Shown here piece after piece: positions 1-12,996 of a stretch of DNA of 64,000 nucleotides. The stretch is from assembly GCF_006345805.1 (NCBI RefSeq), contig NC_043012.1:28086001-28150000 (forward strand), read 5' to 3'. The position numbers and the translations under genes are program-made. The stretch comes from Octopus sinensis. Its lineage: Eukaryota. The notes under the pieces were generated by a model. It ran no database searches. It saw only the letters and a list, made by a program, of their open reading frames with translations, and had not been told where the DNA came from. Position 1 is the first letter of the stretch; each line of letters begins with the position of its first letter.

Positions 1-52
1 CATCTTCCTGAAAGTTATGAGGGAAAAAAGTCAGATCGTGTGAATTTTCCAA

Positions 53-262
53 AATTCCGCTCTCCACCCCTCGGAAAAATTCTTTCTCATAAAGCCACAA
101 CAATAAAAGCAACACATACTAAGCAAGTGAGCGCTATTATACAAAGAAATAGTTAGATGTAAAATATAAGAATTATTAGAATTAAGAATCCAATGTGAAA
201 ACATTATCAAGGGGTTAGAAGAAAATTGCCCAGAGGGCGGTGTTTCTGCTAGTAATAATAAT

Positions 263-298
<36 letters not shown>

Positions 299-705
299 AA
301 CAAGAACAATAATAATGATAATAATATTAATAATTATAATCCTTTTCACTGGAAGTACAAGACTTCAAATTTAGGGGAAGGTATTAAGTCGATACCATCG
401 ACGCCAGTGCGTAACTGGTACTTATTTAATCGAATGGATGAACGGCAATTAGAAGACGCTTTCCACCCCTTAAATTTAATGAAAATTTATACAAATCTCT
501 TTCAAACGGCATAGGTTACGATTAGAAAGAAATTCGTGGGGAAAATATTTTTCAGGGGTTTTCCTCATTTTTTGCCGTTAGAAGACGAGGAGGAATAAAG
601 TTACCGACAAGTACTCGAAACTTGCATATTATTCACAGTTTCCTAACTCTTTAATTGTTGTGGCTTTATGAGAAAGAATTTTTCCGAGGGGTGGAGAGCG
701 GAATT
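53..705. repeat. 52-bp perfect inverted repeat pair (53-104 / 654-705) from two head-to-head copies of an unclassified repeat
   Basis: aattccgctctccacccctcggaaaaattctttctcataaagccacaacaat at 53-104 is the reverse complement of 654-705. Confidence 0.8.
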
Positions 706-868
706 AGTCGATACCATCGGCGCCAGTGCGTAACTAGAACTTATTTAATCGAAAGGATGAACGGCAAAGTCGACCTCGGCGGAATTTGACCTCAGAATGT
801 AGCAGCAAACGAAATACCGCTAAGCACTTCTCCCGGTGTGCTAACGATTCTGCTAGCTCGCCGCCTTA
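703..868 (-). mobile_element. tRNA-derived SINE, family 1 (head GGCGGCGAGCTRGCAGAA); partial body copy also at ~380-450
   Basis: Reverse complement gives an A-box-like head and a B-box-like GAGGTCAAATTCC, then the body shared with copies at 5.5, 51, 57-59 kb; flanked by (AAT)n. Confidence 0.85.
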
Positions 869-872
869 ATAC

Positions 873-927
<55 letters not shown>

Positions 928-1499
928 TATAACAACAACAACAACAACAACAACAAAAGGAAAGGCTGTAAAACCGGAACTTATAACATAAAACCAACCG
1001 AAAGAGAAAGAATGGCGGACAGATAATCATAAATATTATGAAATTGTTGATTGATGATACATCAATAATAATAATTATTATAGTTATAACTACGAAAGAA
1101 ACATCAACACATGTCCATAGGCGGTGTTAAAAAACGCTGAAAACATGGAACCTATAATAAAACCGATAAAAAGAGAAAGAACAGCGTATTGATAATCATA
1201 AATACCATGAAATAGTTGATTTATGATTTACACACTACTATGCAACACCCTACCAAAAACATACAAGACAGAAGAACACAACCTGCACTGCACAAACAAC
1301 ATACAATACAAAAACTAATACAACAGAAAACTCAAATCAACCCCAATAACAAAACATATTGATACAATACAATACCACCCCACCAAAAAATGCAACGCAC
1401 ACCACTCCTCCAGTACAAAGGTGCAACAAATGATGCAATAGTAAGTTGCTTGAAACTTCCAGATGTCTAAAAATAATAGTGGTGATGATGGTGACGAAA

Positions 1500-3075
1500 G
1501 TTACCTTACTTCTGTTTATGAGAGATGGGAGTGTCCGAAGAAAATTTGGCTGTAACAGCGAAAATTAAGCTGGACTTTTAAGGGAAGGCTTCTCACTCAG
1601 CAGTGGTTCAGTAAAGATGTAGACTTGTTGTTATCCTAATACAGCATCAGCAGATAATAGAGCAAGGAGGAGGAAGTGAACCAGCGAAGAATACAGGATA
1701 TGGATGCAGTGTTACTTAGAAAGTGAATCTAAAAGAAGGGGCTACAGAAAACGGATGTTAGCACTTTGGGTAGAGAAAAGTATATTTCAAGTAACTGGGC
1801 AGAGATCAGTATATCGAGCTAATGCTATAAGAAGAAAGTGGATGACAGAATTGGAGGTAGAAAAGATCACAAAAGATCTGGAAAAGAAACACCTGGCAGT
1901 AGGAAAGACAAACAACAGCATAAGAGGTACAGCTCAAACCAAAGAAGAATCTAAAGGAAAAAATAATAATAGCACTACCAATAAGGAAGGGTCAACTGGC
2001 ACCGGCGACTTAAGTATTTTAAGTGCATATGAGAAGATTTTAGATGAATTGCAGCAAGCAATGAATAAAGAAGTAAGAAAAAGGTTTCCATCATTAAAAG
2101 CCACCAACAGAAAGAAGCTGCTAGAAATGACTACGAAAGTAGATTCTGTTATCAGGAGGATAGATACTGAAAATATAGGAGGCACTAACTTACTGATCTA
2201 TGCAGGAGGGGAGTAGTCACCAGTAGATAAGATATCTCACAGGGAAAGATTAAAAAAGTGCAAATGTAGAAAAGTAGACTACAAAATAAAGTGAAGACTT
2301 TAAGACAAGATCTGAGTAGAATAGAAGCTTGGAAACTGAACAAGTTAGAAAACACAAGATGCAAATCTTCCCTCGAGAAAAGATACTTAGTCAAAGAGAA
2401 AGGATTAGGACAGTGATAGAAGAGTTGAAACAACGTATCAAAGCAGTAGCAGGCAATCTCTCCAGATACCAGAAAAGAGTAGATCAGTATCAACAGAATA
2501 GATTACTTGAGACAGACCAGAGGAGATTTTATAACCAAATAAATAGTAGAGAACGAAGTACTGAAGATGAGAAACGTAATGTAGAAGAAGCTAGAAAGTT
2601 CTGGAGTAATATTTGGGATAAGCAAGTCAATCATAATGGAAATGCAATATGGTTAAAGAAAGTAAGGGAAGAAATAGTGAGTGAGAAGCAGCCAAATCTA
2701 AGACTAGCTTGTGCATTAATGAGTAACGTGTTATGAAAAATGCCGAATTGGTAGGGCCCAGGGCCAGATTTAGTTCGAGAGTACTGCCAAAAAAAAATTA
2801 GTAGTTTTCATGGGAGGCTGAGGAAACAACTTCAAGATTACCTTAATGGAGGAATAATACCAGATTGGATGACTAGAGGGAGGACAGTACTCATTAGGAA
2901 ATATGAGAACAAGGATAATACAGCTAGCAACAATACAGCCCAATCAATTGCCTACCATCAGTGTGGAAGGTGTTAAAAGGAATGCTTTCAGAAAGCATTT
3001 ACGAGCACCTTGACAACCAGAATTTACCGCCAAAAGAACAGGAAGAAGGCTGGAGGAACGCATGATCAATTAATG
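1500..3075 (+). mobile_element. Dong/R4-clade non-LTR retrotransposon, degenerate 5' part (N-terminal region to RT motif GTHDQL)
   Basis: ORF 1704-2216 QCYLESESKRRGYRKRMLALW; ORF 2329-2736 YQKRVDQYQQNRLLETDQRRFYNQI; later fragments DWMTRGRTVL, YEHLDNQNLPPKEQEG, GTHDQL; several stops and frameshifts. Confidence 0.8.
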
Positions 3076-4474
3076 TCGGAAAGGGCAGATTCGATAGATT
3101 TGAAAGGAGATTCAACCTTAAGAATGCGTCCCTACATGGAGAAGCTGCTTCTGCTGACAAACCCGCCGCTGAGGAGTACGTGAACGAGACGTTCATGACC
3201 ATCGTCGTGGAAGGGGGATATTCACGTGAACAAGTTTTCAATATGAATGAGACAAGCCTCTTTTGAAACGGATGCCATTATAAAGGAGGAGGCCAGAGCT
3301 CCTGGATTTAATGCGTTCAAAGATCGCGTAACAATTATAGTGTGTGGAAATGTTGCGGGATTTATGTTAAAGCCAGGGATTATTTAGTCCAAATACCCAA
3401 GGTCCCTCAAAAATAAAAATAAGAACCTGTTGCCTGTTGCATTGGATGCACAACCAGAAAGCATGGGTAACGAAATCACTGACATCGGATTGGTTTCACC
3501 AGTACTTCATCCCTGAAGGGCTGGAATTCAAAGTGCTGCTCTTAATGGACAATGCTGGAGGTCACGCGCTCGACCTGTCGTATGAGAGCGTACAAATCGA
3601 ATTCTTACCGCCGAACACCACATCGCTGATCCAGCCCATGGATGAAGACCTTATTCGTGCTTTTAAGGCACTCTATACACGAAACGCCTTACAACACATG
3701 GTCGAGGCTATTGACTCGGATAATAATTTCTCGCTGAAGGAGTACTGGCGTGGTTACACCATTGCAATGTGTCTCCAAAATATTCAGAAGGCCATAAAGG
3801 AGATGAAGAATGAAACTTTGAATGTCAACTGGAAGGAATTGTGGCCAGAAGGGGTCCACGACTATAAAGGATTCTCTCCTGACGAAATCCACCACTCTGC
3901 AGTCGATAAGGCAGTGAAGCTGGTAAAATTGTTTGGAGGAGATGGCTTCACCAATATGTCTACCGAGGACGTTAATAACCTGATCGAGACCCACTCAGAT
4001 CCGTTAACGGATGAAGATCTGACAGAAATGACGAAGTGAGCAAGTGAAGAAGAACAAGAGAAACCAAGGGAAGAAGAAGAAGCCGCCCTATCACTAGAAC
4101 GCCTCTCAACTGTAGCATAAATGGCAAAAGAACGTCAGAGAATGGCGGAGGATTGGGACCCCCAGATGATTCGTGCGTTGCAGTTCAGAAATACAATCGA
4201 CGGAGCCATGAAAGTTTATAAAAACTTCCTTACACAGAAGAAAAGGCAGCGCCAGCAACTGCCCGTCACTATGTTCCTCGCCCGCAAAAATAGAGAAGAC
4301 ATGGGTACTCCTAAGAGTGTGAGGAGAGTTTATAAAAGCTTAAATATATCTAAATATTACAATAAATATATGCATGTTATAAAAAATAATAAAAAAAACA
4401 TACAGTGCAGTACAGTTTCTACTTCACGGCGGGTTTTGGAACGTAACATCCGCGATAGTCGAGGGATCACTGTA
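3076..4474 (+). mobile_element. pogo/Tigger (CENP-B-like DDE) transposon, 5'-deleted, right TIR present
   Basis: RFDRFERRFNLKNASLHGEAASAD, EQVFNMNET; ORF 3437-4039 KAWVTKSL...LLLMDNAGGH...FLPPNTTSLIQPMDE; TIR ccgcgatagtcgagggatcactg (4450-4472) followed by TA. Confidence 0.9.
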
Positions 4475-4625
4475 TTGCAAAAATCGGCGTTACTTGAAAC
4501 TGCACGCATATTGCATAAAGTAGTGTCTGTCTGAGGTCCTTGTTGTGACTTGACAGACAGTACAAACCCCCAGTAGACACAATATCTTCAGACAACAACC
4601 TCACGATATTGTATAATGTGCAACG

Positions 4626-4697
<72 letters not shown>
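4475..4697 (+). mobile_element. Dong/R4 3' end with (TAA)n tail
   Basis: C-terminal motif LQKSALLETARILHKVVSV*, short 3' UTR, then (AAT)n at 4628-4697. Confidence 0.8.
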
Positions 4698-4698
<1 letters not shown>

Positions 4699-4863
4699 GT
4701 CAATACGAAGAGTGCGATGCGATTGCAATAGATATTTTATTGGTTGAACGATCCATAGAAATTCAAAATTTGAACGAGGGCAACCAGCGTTCCCTCGTTG
4801 ATGGAATTACAACTGGCAAAAAGAAAAAGAAAGAAAAAAAGAAAAGAAAAGAAAAAAGAATAT

Positions 4864-5370
4864 TTAATCAAACAGTTTTGTGTAAATATGATGAAATACC
4901 CCTGTCATTTTATTCATCCCTTCAGGGCATGATGTTAATAACTCACAAACATATTTCTCCTCATCCATTTTGAGGACTGAAAGTGTAGCAGATTCAGAAT
5001 ATTTTCTGAGAATTTGCTCTTTGAAGTGTTTTTCAAAATTGCAGCCGTTTGATGTAAAATGTACTGCAATATTTGTCGAACTACTGTTATTATGCCTGAC
5101 CTCTAATCTGTGTACATTGAATCTTTCGTTTAATTGTTCTGCTGTACAACCAACATAAATCAAGTTGTCTTTGGTGCATTCTCTTGTGTACACCAAATGG
5201 GAAGCTCTACATGTCCCACCTTCCGTGTAAATCATAGCATTTCAGTAATGATGGAATTGACTGATGGAATTGACATAACTCATGTTGTTGCACAACGAAC
5301 AGGGCTGTTTTTCAAGGTACAGCGTGCTGACTTCATTGTTAGTTTTCTTGGTGTCAGAAGTAGAGGTTAA
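4864..5370 (-). mobile_element. Penelope-like element fragment, GIY-YIG endonuclease region
   Basis: ORF 4864-5235: TCRASHLVYTRECTKDNLIYVGCTAEQLNERFNVHR (GIY-YIG-like), ending with the typical E...W..L...P.GMN-like motif. Confidence 0.75.
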
Positions 5371-5407
5371 TAGTTATCTTATATTTTTATTCCGTCTAAA
5401 TAACAAC

Positions 5408-5450
<43 letters not shown>

Positions 5451-5499
5451 TTAACAACAACAACAACAACACCAATAATAATAACAACAGCAACAATAA

Positions 5500-5712
5500 T
5501 TTAAAATTTTGGCACAGGGCCAGCTGTTTCGAGGGAAGGGGATAAGTAAATGACATCGACCCCAGTCTTCGACTGGTACTTATTCTATTGATCCTGAAAC
5601 GAAGAAAGGCAAAATCGACCTCGGGGGAATTCGAACTCAGAAAGTAATGACAGACAAAATACCGCTGAGCACTTTGCCTGGCGTGCTAACGATTCTGCCA
5701 GCTCGCCGCCTT
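5500..5712 (-). mobile_element. tRNA-derived SINE family 1
   Basis: Same head, B box and tail as 703-868; flanked by (AAT/AAC)n. Confidence 0.85.
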
Positions 5713-5789
5713 AATAATGATGATGATAAACAGTAAAGATGACACATAGTCTCTTTGAAAGATATCATCTTGTCCAAATTCTCGTCCAC

Positions 5790-7850
5790 CTGCAGTCAGA
5801 ACACTCTTCCACTTTCTCACACTGCTTTTAAATAAATAAATTTACTGCTCCGACCACCTACAGGCATTTCAGAATCCATAAGTGAAGAACCATATCATAT
5901 GTCTACTTATAGTCAATCCAAGCCATTGATAGGCTTGTCACCATTCTCCGACAATTCCTCAGGATTGCCGTATCTATTAGCAACTGATCTTTTGTTCTTC
6001 CTGTAGCCTTTCCGTTCATCTGCTACCAGTTCATTTTTTACGAGATGATCGTACAATACCTTTCCTATTGTTCCAGTTAGATGCTTCAACATCATAAGTA
6101 AGCAAGCAATTGGACGATAGTTACTATCCACGGCACCCTTGGCTGGGTCCTTCTGAATTAACATAGTTCTTCCTTTGACCCATCCATTTTGGTACAATTC
6201 CTTGGTGTACACAAATTCATCAAAACCTTCAACCAAAACCCTGATCTAGGTCCGGGTCAGTTGCTTTCTAATTTCTCATCTTACCTACTCCGGCTTGAAT
6301 ATCTTCTAACGTCATGATAATGTCCTCCTGCATCACCATATCTTTGAATTCTTCCACTTCACGGAGCCAGGCTGCTCTGTTGTTGTGTGTGACATTCTCT
6401 GCCAGATGTTGCTCCAAAACGAAGCCTTCTCTGCTTCTTCCTCATCTCTTCCATCCAGTGTCTCGTACAACAGTTGATTTGCCTTAAACAGTTGATTTTG
6501 TTTGAATTGTAAGCATCTTTTCTCGTATTTCTTTCCATTTTAACTCCATTCGCTTTGATCTTTTGTTTTAATATAACCGATATGAATAGAATGCCCTTTC
6601 CCATCAGGTGATATTTCTTATAAATGTAGTTTTGTTCGGTTTCATTGAGCCTCATATTACCATTGTTTATTTCCTCGATGTTATTTAAATATTTCCAGCA
6701 TATATCGATGCCTTTTTTTTCATTCTCCTTTAACAGAATGGTTCTTTGCTTCTCTAAACATCCCCATCTTTTTTTTTCTTTCTCTAAACATCCCCATCTT
6801 TTTTTTTTCTTTCTCTAAACATCCCCATCTTTTCTGTGATGACATAAGCAGTAGCATACATCAAAGAATTTAACTCAGTGGTATCCATAACTGAAATTCT
6901 CATGACAACTTCATTTGCTTTCCCGATTTCTGATTTTATTTTTACCCTCTCACATGACTTCAATGATGATAACCTTTTCCTTTCTTCAAGTAACTTTAAT
7001 TCCAGAATTCTGTCGCGGAAAGTTGCTAGTTCTGGACTATTTTCTTCTGGTGACTCTCTCGTTTGAATTGCACTAATTTCTATATAACTGCAGATTCCGT
7101 CTTCCATGTCACAAATCTGTAGATTCTCTTGTTCTATGTATATTTCTTCTGAACTAGTAATCACATGCGGTTCCTTTCTCACTTCCATTATAATCTTCTC
7201 TTGTTACATCTTCTCTAACTACATTTTGGTCTTATTTTGTCTAATCTGATCGGCCAATCTTTGTTCACTCGTACCCTTCAGCTCTTCATATGGATATTTT
7301 TTCCAGAGCTCTAATACCTTTTTTCTATAATCTCTTTTCTCTCGCTCACTTCTAATATAACATTCAAACAATAATCTGTTGCTCCCCTTTGTTTATTTCA
7401 ATCTCCATCGCCGTTGTGGGTCAGCAGTAGCTCGATCGGACCTGTGCTGCTGGTCAACAGAACACCTACCAGACGCAGCACCTTCCATGAAACATCATCC
7501 ATTCAGCTTCGTTGACGCCGTTTGTATTACTTTTCCTTATTGGCATTTCGGTCATAATTGAGGCATGTTTTGAAGTTACCATCAAACAGTAATTATATCG
7601 TGTTATCATCACTTGACAGATTGTCACCCAAAACATCTAGTACTTCGTCTCGCAGCAAATAAAGACTCATATATTTGGATGACTGTTGAATTTAGTGAGA
7701 TCATCCACCTTTTAACAAGTTTTGTTTTTCGTCCTACAAGGGTGTTCAACATAATCCACCCTCCTTACCTGGCTAGCACTTGGTACGGTTGCCCGGTTTA
7801 GTCGCCAACAGGCCGACCATGTATCAGGTTGTGTTGCATTACATGTTACT
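5790..7850 (-). mobile_element. Dong/R4-clade non-LTR retrotransposon, second (divergent) degenerate copy
   Basis: ORF 5913-6236 WVKGRTMLIQKDPAKGAVDSNYRPIACL; ORF 6784-7188 ERKRLSSLKSCERVKIKSEIGKANEV...TELNSLMYATAYVITEKMG; N-terminal ...DQQHRSDRATA. Confidence 0.8.
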
Positions 7851-7924
7851 AATAACACTAAAAGTGACCTCGCATTATTTCAGTTATTATTACCAGTAAG
7901 GTAGTTGTAATAATAACCAGCTAG

Positions 7925-8105
7925 CAGCTTCGTTACAGCGCCGGACGAAAAGCTTAGCGGTGTTTCTTTCGTCTTTGCGTTCTGAGTTCAAATTCCACCG
8001 AGGCATATCATCCTTTCGGAGTTGATAAAACACAAGTTGAGCACTGGGGTAATCGTCTTAAACCCTCCCCGCCCCCAAACGGTTGGCCTTGTGCCAAAAT
8101 TTGAA
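7925..8105 (+). mobile_element. Degenerate SINE family 1
   Basis: ctgagttcaaattccaccgag B box and tail ggccttgtgccaaaatttgaaac. Confidence 0.6.
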
Positions 8106-8697
8106 ACCATTATTACAACTGCCAGTACTGTCACTACCACTAACAGTATTACATTATTAATAGTATTCTTATTATCATCACGATTATTATTTCTATTACT
8201 TTCATTGTTATTATGATCATCTTCACTACCAACCATTATAATTAACAAAATAGGAGGTAGTGCGATGAACTTGGGATTTCAAGATTTACTGTAACAAGAT
8301 TACCGGCTCAAAGACTTTCGATATAGGTGATGGAGCGGGATTGGGTCAGTAAGCATGTTTCTAACATTGAAGAGACAATTTTGTTAATCGTATTAGCAAA
8401 TGAAACATGTGTAATAGTGAATAAATAATATCAAATATTTTTCCAATCTCCTGTTTTGATGCCTACATGTATATGTACATGTGTGTGTGTGTATGTACGT
8501 TTATATATATATATATATATATAATTGTTACATATTTAAATAATATAAATTAATTATGTATTGGCTTAAGTATTTTATTGTTTGATTTGCCTAATAGTGG
8601 TTTTGTCTCTAATTTAATATAATATAATATTTTACTATAAAATTGGATTCAATCCTAAATCTGATTTTCCCTGTAAGTTTGGATTTATTCCCAATAT

Positions 8698-8742
<45 letters not shown>

Positions 8743-8826
8743 ATTTCAACAATTTCTAATGCTATTTCTAATGAGTTCAGTATGTGGCAAAGTAATTATT
8801 TTACTAAGCCCTTTTATATATATATA

Positions 8827-8881
<55 letters not shown>

Positions 8882-8884
<3 letters not shown>

Positions 8885-9275
8885 TTTACTCTTTTACTTG
8901 TTTAAGTCATTTGACTCTGGCCATACTGGAGCACCGCCTTTTGTTGAGCAAATCGACCCCAGTATTTATTTTCTGTAAGCCTAGTACTTATTCTATTGGT
9001 CTCTTTTGCCGATCCGCTAAGTTACGGGGACGTAAACACACCACCATCGGTTGTCAAGCGATGTTGGTGGGACAAACAGAGAACACACACACACATATGC
9101 ATACATATATACGACGGGCCTCTTTCAGTTTCCGTCTACCAAATCCACTCACAAGGCTTTGGTCGCCCCGAGGCTATATTAGAAGACACTTGCCCAAGGT
9201 GCCACGCAGTGGGACTGAACCCGGAACCATGTGGCTGGTAAGTAAGCTACTTACCACACAGCCACTCCTACGCCA
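8882..9275 (-). mobile_element. tRNA-derived SINE family 2 (CORE-like middle, microsatellite-containing body), full length
   Basis: Reverse complement: ggcgtaggagtggctgtgtggtaagtagc head, B-box-like gggttcagtccc, CORE-like gcaccttgggcaagtgtctt, tail ...actgaaag; homologous to 32473-32878. Confidence 0.85.
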
Positions 9276-9306
9276 TATATATATATATATGTGTATATAT
9301 ACACAT

Positions 9307-9422
<116 letters not shown>

Positions 9423-9812
9423 CACACACACACACACACATATAATTACAGTGTTGGAAGTGCATATTAGCCATTCAAAACACGCAAAATACTAACTTCA
9501 CTTGAACATTTATTATTTGCTGACACCAAGTAATAAATATGTAAGCGAAGTTAACAGTTTTTGTGTGTTTTGAATGGCTAACATGTTACTTCCACTCGGT
9601 TAATATTTTAGTTTCAACACATTGTTTTAGATCAAATCACTTGCCAGACAAGTACATCTCCGAAATATAATTTTATTGAAATCTATATCTCCATAGATCA
9701 CTAAAGCCTGATTTGCGTTATCACTTACATTAGGCGAAGAAAGGAAATGTTGCACTGACTCATATTAATAATGTATCACGAAAAATTAAAGAATAAATAA
9801 ATACATAATTCA

Positions 9813-9870
9813 TTAGTTCTCATACATTTCCTGTTTACATATGGGTAAACAGGAAATGTATGAGAGCTAA
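9813..9870. other. Isolated hairpin: 20-bp perfect stem (26 bp with one G-T pair), 6-nt loop
   Basis: ctcatacatttcctgtttac (9819-9838) / gtaaacaggaaatgtatgag (9845-9864). Confidence 0.9.
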
Positions 9871-10879
9871 TGAAGCCAAAGATCGATAAACAAACAAATA
9901 ATCATCTAAATGATAATTACAAGCATAGTGTGAGTTTTGATGGCTGTTGTCAATTGCACACCTTGTGCTTTCAAACAATGTTAAAGTTATTATTTATAAA
10001 CTTGGCAAACAGGAAGAGTCTTAGTGATAATGGTTATTGCCATGCTCTGGCTGGTAATACACTGGCTGCATTATCCAACGAGCCATATATTAAAAGCATA
10101 TACAATCAAATGGAGAGAATTGTAGTGTTTGGTTGGACTTCTAAGTGGTACTGTATTGGGGTTGGACTTCTAAGTGGTACAGGGATGACATTTACTTACA
10201 CCTAGAAACATACTCAATTATGAAACGCACACGCGCACAAACATACACACGTTCGCACATACACACGCAAACGCACACAGACACACATACACGTACATAC
10301 ACATAGATATTTAAACACAACCTGTACAAACACACACATACACCGTACACACATGTTGTGAGTGAGTGAGAGTGCTTATCCGTCTATACTCTTGCGTGAG
10401 CCTGTCTATACGCTCATATACGCATACTCAGACATACCTGCGCATCCACGTTCGCATATAATCATCATTTACGGAGGACTATGCATATATAAAATGTAAG
10501 CGAATCCACCGTCGTTTTCGACGGTAAGTATTCGAACCCTTCGATTAACTGACTTGCTTAATTAATATCTTAGTGACTGACTGTTCCACAGACACTTGTA
10601 TCTTTAACATAATCCTTAAAAACGATTGCTATGATTAAATGCGTAATATAGGTGACTCTTTGGATTTAAAGTACAATCCATGCGACAGATTTCAACACGG
10701 TTTCCGTTTGCTTCATTCGCTCACAAGAGTCCAGTGTCATTGCGTGGCATTTTGGGCAAATGCCTTTTACTTTAACCTCGGAGCGACCAAAGCCTTGTGA
10801 GTGAATTTGGTTGACGGATACACGGATACTGAGAGAAGATCATCATACATACATACATGCATGCATGCATAAATACATA

Positions 10880-11559
10880 CATACGTCTCAAAGCGTTAAG
10901 TCGCATTTTTGGTATCGAGAATACGATGAATTCTATCTCCAGCTTTGATGTCACAACTACCAGCCCTGTTAAATAGCTGATTAATATTCTGATGAATTGA
11001 CTGGTCCTAGTGGTTTTCGACTGAAACTTAACTTTGCTATGCAGAGAGCTTCTACAAATAACATAGCTTAACACGGCAACATCAACAACACAGATGAAGA
11101 ACAGAAGGAAAACAACGTCACAAAACGTATACTTACTCTTTTTACCAGTAGTTATAGAAGAAACTGTAACTATAAAACACATTTTTCTTGAAATTATGAA
11201 CTCGATAAAGATTTGTTTTCTTTTTCTTAAAAAAGTGCAAAACATATTAGATTGAAAGCACACTGAGAGGATCTTCATCCACAGTCAAATTATTTTACGG
11301 TCAAACAATCACGCCAATAAGCAACATTTATTGAAAATAAAAAGAAAGTTTATGAATGTAACTTTATTCAAAACAAAGGTGAAATTAATTTTCTTCGAAA
11401 TATCAATAGTATGAATAAAAGTACGAACAATGTTAAAAGACCACATGATTTCAAAGTTAACGATGTTCCAACTGATGCCATGAGGCCTATAAACCAGACT
11501 ACAGGTGACAATTCATTAATATGAGTAGTAGCTATAGAACTGTGTGTGTGTGTGTGTGT

Positions 11560-11623
<64 letters not shown>

Positions 11624-12760
11624 TGTGTGTATGCATGCTAAGGCAACTGACCACTGTGATAGATAGCAAGCACAATCTTCATGATCATTGTAGTGGTGGT
11701 CTGAAATATACCCTTAAAACGTTTCAAGAAAAAATATTTTTGACTTTGAATTACTCTCCCGAACAGAGAAGTGTTCTCTACCAAAGTAAATAAAAGACCA
11801 ACAGAGACGGTATTAAGAGCTAATAATGAAAACGAAGAGGAGTGTTTACAGCAACGTAAATACCAAGATTAATACCTGTTTGTATGACCTGTCTACAACT
11901 GAAAAGCAATACATGAACAACTTTAAAAACGTAAACAAAACCAAAACGACGAAAAATAAATGCCAGCGAGAGTTTTGAAGACAGAGAAAAAGATATCTGA
12001 TTTACAGAAGACTATCATCTATATGATGATGTTTGTTACCTGCAAACAATTCTCACTAATTCTCACCAACAAAAAGTGAAGAAGGAGATACAAGTGATGT
12101 TTGGAGATTGCAAAAACAGAACACTCCATTGTAAACTGATCACCCTCAAACAGCAGCTGTCACTCAGAAAATCCGATATTGGAGGAGAGTAACAAAAATA
12201 AAAAAATAATAAAATAAAAATCTTAACTGCAACCAAATAGCAGTGTACACAGACATGAAAAGAGAAGCGGTAAATATCACAGAAACATCTTCGCTAGAAG
12301 AGATAAACTCTTTCTGGAGAATACTCTGGAGCAAAGAGGAGGAATTTAACTGAGATGCTCTGTGGCTGGAAAAAAATTCTAAGTAATTATTGTCCCTGCA
12401 TTTTGCTCAAGACATTGATGGTGATACACTTGTAACTGCAATTCAAAAAACTTTAGGATGAAAAAGCACCAGCAAGAGACTTGATTGTTGGGTACAAGAA
12501 GTTTATCAACTTCTACTTCTTATCAACCTGTACCAACCAGCTCTCACTCGAATGGTATTCCTTCAACAACATTTTGATAGTAATAACGTCATCATAATAG
12601 AACCAGCAGCTGAGAAGGGTATATTTGGGGATGAGCTGAACAATTGTTGATAAACAAAGCTATAATGTCAGAAGTGAGGCAGCATAGGATGAACCTGGCT
12701 TCAATGTATCCCGACAACAAGAAAGCCTTTGAAACTGTCCTTCACTCGTTGATGCTACAT
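10880..12760 (+). mobile_element. Third highly degenerate Dong/R4 relic, interrupted by (GT)n
   Basis: LINKAIMSEVRQHRMNLASMYPDNKKAFETVLHSLML (RT motif, IDYKKAFDSVPH-like) at 12644-12760; KAPARDLIVG upstream. Confidence 0.6.
11541..11632. repeat. (GT)n microsatellite. The window also holds many (CA)n, (TA)n, (GA)n and (AAT)n tracts, e.g. 9310-9440, 12760-12830, 12915-12994, 20075-20146, 33740-33910, 45712-45825, 48310-48487
   Basis: Directly visible simple repeats. Confidence 0.98.
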
Positions 12761-12761
12761 A

Positions 12762-12823
<62 letters not shown>

Positions 12824-12909
12824 GTGTATGTAAATATGATATTTTTTTTTATAATTATAAAATGTAAATTATAATGATTGTGAAAATCAACTTGAAAATA
12901 TTCTGTACG

Positions 12910-12996
<87 letters not shown>

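Noticed and set aside
4773-4799. 8-bp hairpin downstream of the PLE fragment as a hammerhead
   Set aside because: It lacks both CUGANGA and GAAA in the right positions on either strand
7760-7830. HDV-like ribozyme at the R4 5' end
   Set aside because: A possible P1 exists on the minus strand, but only 9 nt lie between its strands, too few for P2/P3/L3
9225-9275. tRNA-like heads of both SINE families as tRNA genes
   Set aside because: A and B boxes are present, but there is no complete cloverleaf and each continues into a SINE body
9990-10140. Possible host exon (hydrophobic stretch VLVIMVIAMLWLVIHW after an AG)
   Set aside because: No recognisable homology, no convincing donor site, and a stop soon follows
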